Source of the DNA: a virus
IMG/VR virus record: IMGVR_UViG_3300045988_036168
Strand: one strand, 5' to 3'
DNA: 64,000 nt
Every line of letters begins with the position of its first letter. Position 1 is the stretch's first letter. The notes under the pieces are model-generated. The model made no database searches and had not been told where the DNA came from. It saw only the letters and a program-made list of their open reading frames with translations. Positions 52,316 to 59,409 of the stretch are shown here, in pieces. Position numbers and translations under genes: made by a program.

Positions 52316-52498
52316 ATCGTCTGTCCTTTCCTACACATCCGCATTGACGCGGACGTAATTTCAAATTAGCCGCATGGAAACCAACACCCGTAGAAGCCCC
52401 TGAGAGGCTCTGTATGGCACGTTTCCGTGCGGTGGTGAAAGTGTATGCTTTTCGCCGTAGAGCACGTTCTCGGTCTTGTGCGTCGGTTTTGGCAGGTG

Positions 52499-52783
52499 TT
52501 ACGCCTTGCTGTTGGGACTGCTCAGTAGCTCCAGCTCTCTCTCGATGGTCTCGTCGAGCCTGTGCGAGAGGTTCTGGGTGAGCCACAAATCGGTCGGCGT
52601 GTACTCCGTAACATCTTCCCCAGTCTGCCGGTAGAAGCCATCCATCGCCGCCTGACCCATGCCGTACTCAGCTCTGCTCTCTCGCCAAGCATCAGTCAGC
52701 TTGACCCGATGCCTCTGAAGCTGTTCGAGCGTCATCCGCCCGATGTCCTCGGTAAGCAGCTTCCTCGCCTGTGCTATCTTCAT
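52499..52783 (-). CDS. hypothetical protein (94 aa)
   Basis: ORF-track ORF. GGAGGA RBS. Confidence 0.55.
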   Translation of the reverse strand: MKIAQARKLLTEDIGRMTLEQLQRHRVKLTDAWRESRAEYGMGQAAMDGFYRQTGEDVTEYTPTDLWLTQNLSHRLDETIERELELLSSPNSKA

Positions 52784-52795
52784 CTGTGCTTCCTC

Positions 52796-52975
52796 CTACA
52801 AGATGCCGAGCTGCCGGTTACGGTTATGTACGTCAACGCCGATCTCACCGATGGCGGCGAGCAGGTCGCGCTTCTCTTCTGTGTCGTTGGACTTCTCCCA
52901 GCGGTCGATAGCCTCCTTCAAGGCGTCGATGTAGCTGGCATTCGTGCGGAGCAACTCCACCGCCGTCTTATTCAT
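52796..52975 (-). CDS. putative protein (59 aa)
   Basis: Just below the ORF-track cutoff. ATGA overlap upstream. Its TAG stop is followed by the GGAGGA RBS of the next gene. Confidence 0.55.
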   Translation of the reverse strand: MNKTAVELLRTNASYIDALKEAIDRWEKSNDTEEKRDLLAAIGEIGVDVHNRNRQLGIL

Positions 52976-53346
52976 TCCGACGCCTCCATTTCATCGACCA
53001 GTTCCCACCGGGTCTTGTACTGCTTCTGGATTTTCCAGTCAACGATGCGCATATCGTTGGCGGTGTCCTCGTCAATCACAATGTCGATGCCGAAGCCGCC
53101 ACACATCTGCGTCTGGGTATGGGTGCCTTTGCTGCGTTCGCGGATCAGCGCGTTCAGAGCATCGACTGCGGCCTGCTGGCTCTTGAACGTATGGCGGCCG
53201 ACCCAGTTCATTTCCTGCCAGCCCTTCGCCATGTTCTCCAAAATCCAGAACCCGCGGCCGCTGCGCTTCATCCACGCATCCTGATAGAGAACGCGCCATA
53301 CCGGAATCAGTTCCACGCCGTCAACAACGATCTTCTTGTCTTCCAT
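52972..53346 (-). CDS. hypothetical protein (124 aa)
   Basis: ORF trimmed to ATG 53346. Confidence 0.55.
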   Translation of the reverse strand: MEDKKIVVDGVELIPVWRVLYQDAWMKRSGRGFWILENMAKGWQEMNWVGRHTFKSQQAAVDALNALIRERSKGTHTQTQMCGGFGIDIVIDEDTANDMRIVDWKIQKQYKTRWELVDEMEASE

Positions 53347-53348
53347 GT

Positions 53349-53609
53349 TTACGCTTCCTTTCTGGAGCAAAGCTCCGGTTGATACTGCAGAACCTCTTCG
53401 ATGATGTGCTTGGCCTTGACGATGCCGAACTCCTGAAGAAGCTGCTGCGGCGTGTAGATGTCCGCCATCCTGACCGACCGGCGGCCGGTCGTGTACGCTT
53501 TCTTGAGCGCCGTCTTGCTGGTGTACTCGGTGCTGAACGCCCAGCGCATATACTCGGAACCGCACTGGTTGTTGCCGCTACGCTTGACGAAGTAATACGC
53601 CTTCCCCAT
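53349..53609 (-). CDS. hypothetical protein (86 aa)
   Basis: ORF-track ORF. Confidence 0.55.
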   Translation of the reverse strand: MGKAYYFVKRSGNNQCGSEYMRWAFSTEYTSKTALKKAYTTGRRSVRMADIYTPQQLLQEFGIVKAKHIIEEVLQYQPELCSRKEA

Positions 53610-53620
53610 AGCTGTTCTCC

Positions 53621-53848
53621 TTATCCGTAAATCTGAGTGACGATCTCAACGCCGGCATTGATGGCTGCCGGGATGTCCGTCCCGAGCTGCCGGTAGAAGT
53701 CAGGATGAACAATGCACTCATAAGCTCTGCACATCGTATCTCTCTGCTCCGCCGTGATGTTGATGCGGAAACCCTTTGCAATCCGAAGGGCCTCTTTGAA
53801 GTTGCCCGCGGCTACGGCTTCGCGCACGATGTCAGATTTACGTTTCAT
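53621..53848 (-). CDS. hypothetical protein (75 aa)
   Basis: First ORF after the promoter at 53895-53922. Confidence 0.55.
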   Translation of the reverse strand: MKRKSDIVREAVAAGNFKEALRIAKGFRINITAEQRDTMCRAYECIVHPDFYRQLGTDIPAAINAGVEIVTQIYG

Positions 53849-53894
53849 GGTCTCCGTCCCTTTCTAATTAGCCGGTTGGTTAATTTGTAACTTT

Positions 53895-53922
53895 ATTATA
53901 CTGCGATACCTACCTATGTCAA
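53895..53922 (-). promoter_or_regulatory. Sigma-70-type promoter with TAGGTAGG box
   Basis: Minus strand TTGACA-TAGGTAGGTATCGCAG-TATAAT. The 57-bp block 53884-53940 is identical to 44915-44971. Confidence 0.65.
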
Positions 53923-53990
53923 TATGTTTTCGTTAATTTTACAAATTATTTTTCTGTATCATATTCACATACGTTTATATTCGACAGGCA

Positions 53991-54027
53991 GAAAAAGACG
54001 GCCCCGGCACAAGGCCGAGGCCGCCCA
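53991..54027 (-). terminator. Intrinsic terminator after the antirepressor-like cassette
   Basis: Minus strand GGCGGCCTCGGC-CTTGT-GCCGGGGCCGTC (12 bp, two G:U) followed by TTTTTCT. Confidence 0.7.
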
Positions 54028-54028
54028 C

Positions 54029-54556
54029 TCACGCTTCTGCGGTCACTATGTACTTTTTGAGCTCAAGCAGCTCCAACAAAATCGCGTCGATTCGCCGGTT
54101 GATGGCGTCGCTTCCAGCTTTAGGGGGAGGTGTCGGCTTCTCGGGGACAGCTACCTGCGTCGGTGCTGGCAGCTCCGTCGGCGTCTGCTCGTCTGGCTTT
54201 CCCAGCTTACAGGCGAACACCTTGCCCTCGATCCATGCCCTCGTTTCCTTGCTGCATCCGAAGATGTCCAAAATCATCCGCCCGCAGCGTTCGGTCACGA
54301 AGTACATCGGCACAGACCGGCGGGATGCGCCACCCGTCTTCCCGTTGACCGGAAAAGGCAGTTTCACCAGCTTCACGTCGCTCTCGCTCTTTGCTTCGCG
54401 CTGGCACCACTTGGTCGGATAGGCGCAGCCACAGGCGGCCAGCAGATCCCGTGCCGCATACATCGTCTCGCCTTCGTTCAGGAGAACGCGGACTGCGCTT
54501 CCCTCCTGCTCCACAACGGCTACTCTGCCAATGAAGCTCTTGACGGTCTCGCTCAT
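54029..54556 (-). CDS. Possible Bro-N/antirepressor-like protein with Pro-rich linker
   Basis: VRVLLNEGETMYAARDLLAACGCAYPTKW and MYFVTERCGRMILD..SKETRAWIEGKVF loosely follow the Bro-N pattern. Weak call. Confidence 0.4.
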   Translation of the reverse strand: MSETVKSFIGRVAVVEQEGSAVRVLLNEGETMYAARDLLAACGCAYPTKWCQREAKSESDVKLVKLPFPVNGKTGGASRRSVPMYFVTERCGRMILDIFGCSKETRAWIEGKVFACKLGKPDEQTPTELPAPTQVAVPEKPTPPPKAGSDAINRRIDAILLELLELKKYIVTAEA

Positions 54557-54825
54557 ACCGCACCGCCTTTCTCCGCTTCACGGTTCGCAAAGTTCACCGC
54601 GAAGATGGCGTTGCAGACCTCCATGTGGCCGGCGAACTCTTCCATCTCACCCATCAGCGCGTGAACTCTGTCCTTGATCTCGTAGAAGGCCAAGGCGCCT
54701 CTGTCCCTCTTCTCTGCCTCTCCCTCGGCCATGTCGAGGAAGTAGAAGTAGGTGGACTCGAACATCTCCAGAAATACATCCAGCTTTGCCGCGTCCGCTC
54801 TCAATTTGTCGGGGGTCGTCATCAT
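54553..54825 (-). CDS. hypothetical protein (90 aa), paralog of 28487..28759
   Basis: Same length and shared motifs FE.TY, AFY, AG, AI.AVN. AAGGAG RBS. Confidence 0.55.
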   Translation of the reverse strand: MMTTPDKLRADAAKLDVFLEMFESTYFYFLDMAEGEAEKRDRGALAFYEIKDRVHALMGEMEEFAGHMEVCNAIFAVNFANREAEKGGAV

Positions 54826-54850
54826 AAGTGTATTGCTCCTTTCGTCGTTC

Positions 54851-54879
54851 TTGACAGCGGCCGGCAGCCATGTTACACT
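54851..54879 (+). promoter_or_regulatory. Plus-strand promoter facing the 54983-55010 promoter
   Basis: TTGACA-17 nt-TACACT, located in the 5' leader of the minus-strand cassette. Confidence 0.5.
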
Positions 54880-54885
54880 TACCTT

Positions 54886-54968
54886 GCTCAGAGGTGTGTA
54901 ACGCAGTCACAGGTGGCTGCCGAACCGCCGGAACCCTTGGTGTTGCAAGCACTGAGGGTTCTTTTTTG
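54886..54968 (+). ncRNA. Predicted cis-antisense sRNA of about 83 nt
   Basis: Starts downstream of the 54851-54879 promoter. Ends at GAACCCT-17 nt-AGGGTTC + TTTTTTG (54931-54968). No ATG/RBS inside. Fully complementary to the minus-strand leader. Confidence 0.45.
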
Positions 54969-54982
54969 TTTCCTGTGATTTG

Positions 54983-55010
54983 ATTATAACATTTTACCTA
55001 CCTAAAGCAA
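54983..55010 (-). promoter_or_regulatory. Sigma-70-type promoter with TAGGTAGG box (antirepressor-like cassette)
   Basis: Minus strand TTGCTT-TAGGTAGGTAAAATGT-TATAAT. Followed by a structured leader of about 150 nt. Confidence 0.6.
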
Positions 55011-55060
55011 GATAGGTGCGCGGTAATAACATTTAACCGTTCGGATAACAGCAAAAACGC

Positions 55061-55091
55061 GAAAAAGCCCTGCGTCAGACGACGCGGGGCT
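55061..55091 (-). terminator. Intrinsic terminator after the XRE gene
   Basis: Minus strand AGCCCCGCGTC-GTCT-GACGCAGGGCT followed by TTTTCG. Confidence 0.7.
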
Positions 55092-55120
55092 ATGCTCGTT
55101 TTTACGCTCATATACTTTGC

Positions 55121-55474
55121 CTATCTCTCTTTCAGAATGACCCCGGCCATCTCCGCAAGCATCTCAATCTGGGACGGTGTCGGATCGGACTCAGAAAAAA
55201 TTTTTTGAATTTTTTCGGCCTCCGTGCCTTCCACGAGGTCTGGCAGGATATAATTCGGTGAAACTCGTAATTCGCGGCATAAAGTGGCGAATACCGGCAG
55301 GCTCGGCAACTTCTTTCCGCCCTCAATCTGGCGCAGATACGTCGAATTGATGTTGCAAGCCTCTGCCAGCTTCTCAGCCGTCAGGCCGCGGTCTTTTCGG
55401 GCTTTGTTGATTCTCGTTCCAAATAGCTTCTTGTCCACTTTTTGCTCCTCCAATAATGTATGCCGTCGGTTCAT
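55121..55474 (-). CDS. XRE-family HTH regulator
   Basis: RINKARKDRGLTAEKLAEACNINSTYLRQIEGGKKLPSL. The start could be 55474 or 55489. Confidence 0.75.
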   Translation of the reverse strand: MNRRHTLLEEQKVDKKLFGTRINKARKDRGLTAEKLAEACNINSTYLRQIEGGKKLPSLPVFATLCRELRVSPNYILPDLVEGTEAEKIQKIFSESDPTPSQIEMLAEMAGVILKER

Positions 55475-55503
55475 ACCACCTCTTCTCATAGCTTACAGCC
55501 CCG

Positions 55504-55532
55504 TTGACGCTCACGAAATCCACTGTTAGAAT
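55504..55532 (+). promoter_or_regulatory. Promoter of the PD-(D/E)XK orphan
   Basis: TTGACG-17 nt-TAGAAT, 48 nt upstream of the ATG at 55581. Divergent from the XRE gene. Confidence 0.6.
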
Positions 55533-55580
55533 ATAGGCCATGAGCCAGTAGACTATACCACATGAACGGAGGATATTTTC

Positions 55581-56666
55581 ATGGGTCTTTCAGGGTCTAA
55601 ACTCTACCGCCTTTCCGGTGGCACCGTCATCCCGGCCAGCGAGGCTCTATATCCCGCAGAGGCCGATCTTCAGCAGCTTATTGCAGAAAATCCGCAACTG
55701 CTGCTCAGCTCCCCCAATGAGGGCCAGCGCCTTTACCTGTTGCGTCGAGAACAGCCCGTGCGCGATGCTCCAGATGGGCCAGCCCTTTTCTCCATTGACC
55801 ATCTCTTCATTGACCAAGACGGTCTTCCCGTGCTCGTCGAGGTGAAGCGGAGCACCGACACCAGAATCCGCCGCGAGGTCGTAGGCCAGATGCTCGACTA
55901 CGCCTCCCGTATGCGGGCGTGGAGCGCCAGCGAACTCAGGTCGTCCGCGTCGCTTCTGGATGTTCCAGATGATCTATGGGCCGCTCTCGACGGCAATCTG
56001 AAGGCCGAGCGGATGCGGCTGATTTTCGCGGCAGACTCTATCCCTGGCTCCTTGGCCTCCATGATCGACTTCCTCGACCGCAGCATGGACGCTATCGAGG
56101 TCTGCGGCGTCGAGATTAAGCGGTACGTTTCCGAGGACGGTGCCGAGCTGATCTCCTCCACGATTGTCGGCGGTGGCAATTCGCCTGTCAAGCGGGCTGC
56201 CAGATACTCCACTATCTGGGACGCCGACAGCATGGCCGAGCAGCTCAACCAGCGCGAAAACTCAGCCATCGTTCCGGTTGTCGCCGCTCTCACATCGTTC
56301 GCCTCCAGCGCCGGTCTGCAGATCAGTTATGGCCGCGGGACGAAGTTTGGCGTGTGCAGGGCGCTTCGGAACGGCCGCAAGGTATTTAGTGTGACCTCGT
56401 GGGAAAAGGGCCATACGGGTCTCAGGACAGCCGTTGAGGTATCTTTACCGTCGTTGGTAGACCAGACCTGCGGCACGTTCGAGGAAGGTGCGCTACGCTC
56501 CATGCTCCTGACGTTCCCCGACGCTTCCCCAGCCGACGCCGAGCAATTCATCTTCGGCTCCAGCCAGTTCCAGTATATCGACCTGCGATTACTTGCAGAG
56601 CCATCAAACCTCTCGCATTTCCAGAACGCCATCACTCAAATCGTTCAGGCCATCCCTGAAGAATAA
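55581..56666 (+). CDS. NucS/EndoMS-like PD-(D/E)XK nuclease-domain protein with uncharacterised 230-aa C-terminal region
   Basis: AEADLQQLIAENPQLL ... FSIDHLFIDQDGLPVLVEVKRSTDTRIRREVVGQMLDYA gives the D..(D/E)xK core. GGAGGA RBS. Confidence 0.6.
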   Translation: MGLSGSKLYRLSGGTVIPASEALYPAEADLQQLIAENPQLLLSSPNEGQRLYLLRREQPVRDAPDGPALFSIDHLFIDQDGLPVLVEVKRSTDTRIRREVVGQMLDYASRMRAWSASELRSSASLLDVPDDLWAALDGNLKAERMRLIFAADSIPGSLASMIDFLDRSMDAIEVCGVEIKRYVSEDGAELISSTIVGGGNSPVKRAARYSTIWDADSMAEQLNQRENSAIVPVVAALTSFASSAGLQISYGRGTKFGVCRALRNGRKVFSVTSWEKGHTGLRTAVEVSLPSLVDQTCGTFEEGALRSMLLTFPDASPADAEQFIFGSSQFQYIDLRLLAEPSNLSHFQNAITQIVQAIPEE

Positions 56667-56670
56667 GAAA

Positions 56671-56710
56671 AGCGGCTACGCCCCGAAATGGAGCATAGCC
56701 GCTATTTTAC
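56671..56710 (+). terminator. Intrinsic terminator after the PD-(D/E)XK gene
   Basis: AGCGGCTA-17 nt-TAGCCGCT followed by ATTTTAC. Confidence 0.55.
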
Positions 56711-56788
56711 TGCCCTCTGGAGCCGCTGGAACGTCGCAGAATGATGGATTGTATGCCGGCGGCAACGTAAATCGACCTACGCTGGTCT

Positions 56789-57304
56789 TTACCGATGCCA
56801 CAGCTCCTCGGAAACCTCGACCGACTCTTCTTTGAGTGCAGAGAGCCGTTCCTCGAACTCGTATTCCGTGATTTCGCCCGTCTTCCGCAGGCCGCGGAGT
56901 ATCGAGATCTCCTGCGGGATCTCCGCATAGCGTTTCCGCAGGTGGTCAATGCGGGAGTCCTGCTTCGCAATCTCCTGCCGCCACCCTTCCCAGAGCGGCG
57001 TCGTGAACTCCTTCCATTCCAACTCAGGCAGCGTCACGCTCAGGTCATCCCTCGCCTTGTCGTCCACGTTCAGTGGCGGATGGAGCCGCAGGATGTAGTA
57101 GATCTCGTACAGGTTCATATCCGCTTCGCTCCCCAACTCCGCATACTCGATCTTCGTCACCTGCTCTATGTTGACGGTGCGGTGCATCGGCTTGCTGAAC
57201 AGGTGGCCGCGTATTCTGCTCTGCAGCGGCTGCTTGGTGCGGCCAACGTACACGAGGCAGCCCCCGTACCAGATCCGATAAATCAGGAACCCTTGCACCC
57301 TCAT
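56789..57304 (-). CDS. GIY-YIG nuclease-domain protein (free-standing homing-endonuclease-like)
   Basis: ORF trimmed to ATG 57304. FLIYRIWYGGCLVYVGRT..SRIRGH..NLYEIYYI. Confidence 0.6.
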   Translation of the reverse strand: MRVQGFLIYRIWYGGCLVYVGRTKQPLQSRIRGHLFSKPMHRTVNIEQVTKIEYAELGSEADMNLYEIYYILRLHPPLNVDDKARDDLSVTLPELEWKEFTTPLWEGWRQEIAKQDSRIDHLRKRYAEIPQEISILRGLRKTGEITEYEFEERLSALKEESVEVSEELWHR

Positions 57305-57534
57305 TTGACGCACCTGAAACCAGCAAATTGTGCCAGACCCGCACTCCCGTCCGGGCATTTGCAGGGAATGTGCATCGGCACGTTATTTCGCGTGAACGGG
57401 TTCGCTGCGAGCTGCTGATGCTGGATCACTTTGCCGAGCAGGGCCGGGAGCATTTCCGTCGGCACCTCCTGAGGCTGTGATCTGGACAACAGCCGACCGC
57501 ACAACGGGCATTTGTAAACCGGCTGATACTTCAT
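57301..57534 (-). CDS. zinc-ribbon protein (77 aa)
   Basis: ORF trimmed to ATG 57534. CPLCG...CKCPDG. Confidence 0.5.
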   Translation of the reverse strand: MKYQPVYKCPLCGRLLSRSQPQEVPTEMLPALLGKVIQHQQLAANPFTRNNVPMHIPCKCPDGSAGLAQFAGFRCVK

Positions 57535-58325
57535 TCCGCATACCCCTCCGGTCGTTGCTCCCAATACGCAGAACGCTGCGCAATCGCCATGTCGATCAGC
57601 CAGAACTTTTCACGTTCATCCATCAGGACATCGACCGACCATTGCCCTGTCAGTCCTTGCACATCCCGCATTGCATCAGCGACCTTATCCTGAATGGCGT
57701 CCTTGAAGTGCGCGTACACGCCTTCCAATCTCTCTCGCTCATGCTCAAAAACGATCTTGTCGGTGGCATGGTACAGGTGCGGGTAAACGTAGTCGTAGTC
57801 CCAATAGTTCGCGGTGAAAATCGGCTCTCTGGTGTCGAAGTCGTAGAACACGCGGAACTCGGGCCGTAAGGGTAGGCCGTTGTAGATGCAAGGCGTCATC
57901 CCCACGGAACTTTCGATGAACTTTCGCACCACGATTTCGCCCGCGCCTTCTGCTCCGCAGCATATCGCCTCGTAGTTGATTAGGATGATCGCCCGGTACA
58001 GCTCATGCAGGCCGTACAGGTTGCACGTCCCATTCGCATTGAACTTGTTGCTGAAGCGGCCATTCTTGACGAACACATGGCCGGTCAGCCCCATCTCTTT
58101 CAGCTTCGGGATGACGCGCTCCTCCAGATACACCTTGACAACCTCTTCGTCCTCCTTCGGGTGCTCCATGTAGAACGCCTCATAGAGCCGTTTCGCGTAT
58201 TCCGGTTCCTTCTCCGCACTCGGCAGTTTCGTGTAGAACGTCAGCGGTGTCGGGATGCCGCAGTCCTTAATTTTCGGATACCAGAAGCTAAAGTCGTTCT
58301 CGTGTTCTCTCGTGTAGTCAAACAT
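57531..58325 (-). CDS. Possible ATP-grasp-like enzyme
   Basis: ORF trimmed to ATG 58325 (AAGGAGG RBS). GHVFVKNGRFSNKF and WSVDVLMDEREKFWLIDMA resemble phage ATP-grasp proteins. Weak call. Confidence 0.4.
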   Translation of the reverse strand: MFDYTREHENDFSFWYPKIKDCGIPTPLTFYTKLPSAEKEPEYAKRLYEAFYMEHPKEDEEVVKVYLEERVIPKLKEMGLTGHVFVKNGRFSNKFNANGTCNLYGLHELYRAIILINYEAICCGAEGAGEIVVRKFIESSVGMTPCIYNGLPLRPEFRVFYDFDTREPIFTANYWDYDYVYPHLYHATDKIVFEHERERLEGVYAHFKDAIQDKVADAMRDVQGLTGQWSVDVLMDEREKFWLIDMAIAQRSAYWEQRPEGYAE

Positions 58326-58572
58326 CTTTTGTCTCCTCCTTTTCGTATTCGGTGAACTCCTCCGGCGTGTCGAGGAACTGCACTTGCTGGGCCTCCACCA
58401 GCCCAACCGTGCCATCCCGGCTTTCCAGTACGGCATAGGCGCCAGCAACAACACCACCGCCATGCCCGCCACGTAGGGGCGACGGCGGCACGATCTGCGA
58501 GATTTGCGTGAACCCGTGGAACAGGTAGAGCTCTTCGCCCACTTTGCACGGGCGCAGCTTGTTTGTGTTCAT
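58318..58572 (-). CDS. hypothetical protein (84 aa)
   Basis: ORF-track ORF. Confidence 0.5.
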   Translation of the reverse strand: MNTNKLRPCKVGEELYLFHGFTQISQIVPPSPLRGGHGGGVVAGAYAVLESRDGTVGLVEAQQVQFLDTPEEFTEYEKEETKDV

Positions 58573-58583
58573 TCTTGCCCTCC

Positions 58584-58979
58584 TCAGTATTTCAGTCGCA
58601 CACCCTCAGGCAGCGGCGGCATCTCACGCCAGAACCTCGGCACCCACACAAACGGAACGAACGTCGGGCGTTCAGAGCCGCAAAGCCTTTGCCACACGCA
58701 GCTAAAGATGTGACCGTACGAGTCCTTCGTCAAGACCTCTTGCCCCTCCCGTGGCTTTTGTTCTTTGAGCGTGTGCCATCCATCCTCCAGCATTGGCATC
58801 CACCATTTCACATGAACGTCCGGTTCCAAACCGTCCGGACGGAAGAGCGGCGGTTCCTTCGGGTCGTATACCACGAGGGAGCCATCGGTCACATGGCCCC
58901 ATTTGCTGATAATCAGAACCCTCTCGCCAGCGGGAGGCAACGCCTCCTTTGTGGCCGTCCATCCGTTTGCCATCATCAA
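58584..58979 (-). CDS. DUF551-like phage protein
   Basis: The W..TKEALPPAGERVLI pattern is typical of DUF551. Confidence 0.45.
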   Translation of the reverse strand: MMMANGWTATKEALPPAGERVLIISKWGHVTDGSLVVYDPKEPPLFRPDGLEPDVHVKWWMPMLEDGWHTLKEQKPREGQEVLTKDSYGHIFSCVWQRLCGSERPTFVPFVWVPRFWREMPPLPEGVRLKY

Positions 58980-59395
58980 CCTCCATCGCCGAGCATAAGC
59001 TGGCCGGTCTGGAACACCTCATAGAGTGTCTTCTCATTTCGGTCAATCAGCTTCGGGAAGAACAGCTCGTCCATCGTGGCCTGCTCCGTCTCCACGAGGG
59101 CGACCTGCGCGGCGATCCAGTCCTTCAGGTTGCGCCACGCGATGCGCTCGGCTTGTTCGTCGTCGCACTTGGTACGCTCTTTTGCCATCACTGCCTTAAC
59201 GCCGTCCGGTCGTGCTTCCAGTCGGAAACCATGCAGGGAGCCGCAGCAGTCCAGCGCGAATGTGACTGCCGTGACTTTGCCGTTTTCGGCGTAGTCCATC
59301 ATCACCTTTCGTGCTCCGTGCGCGGCGAGGATGCCTTGGATCTCGCCGACGGTCTGAACCGCCGGCACCTTGGTCGTGTAGTTCTTAATCGGCAT
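58976..59395 (-). CDS. hypothetical protein (139 aa)
   Basis: ORF trimmed to ATG 59395 (GAGGAGG RBS). Confidence 0.55.
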   Translation of the reverse strand: MPIKNYTTKVPAVQTVGEIQGILAAHGARKVMMDYAENGKVTAVTFALDCCGSLHGFRLEARPDGVKAVMAKERTKCDDEQAERIAWRNLKDWIAAQVALVETEQATMDELFFPKLIDRNEKTLYEVFQTGQLMLGDGG

Positions 59396-59409
59396 CTGCA
59401 GTCCTCCTC

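Noticed and set aside
52395-52480. A fourth tRNA-like unit on the plus strand, suggested by the 10-nt match GGTGAAAGTG to unit A.
   Set aside because: No acceptor, anticodon or T helices, and no CCA end, can be drawn around it. A single 10-mer match in about 128 kb of two-strand sequence is close to the chance expectation.
54625-54978. A 117-aa plus-strand ORF (and the minus-strand ORF 54647..54952) overlapping the predicted antisense sRNA.
   Set aside because: The plus ORF starts upstream of the only plus-strand promoter and is antisense to a well-supported gene. Downstream of the predicted start site there is no ATG with an RBS.
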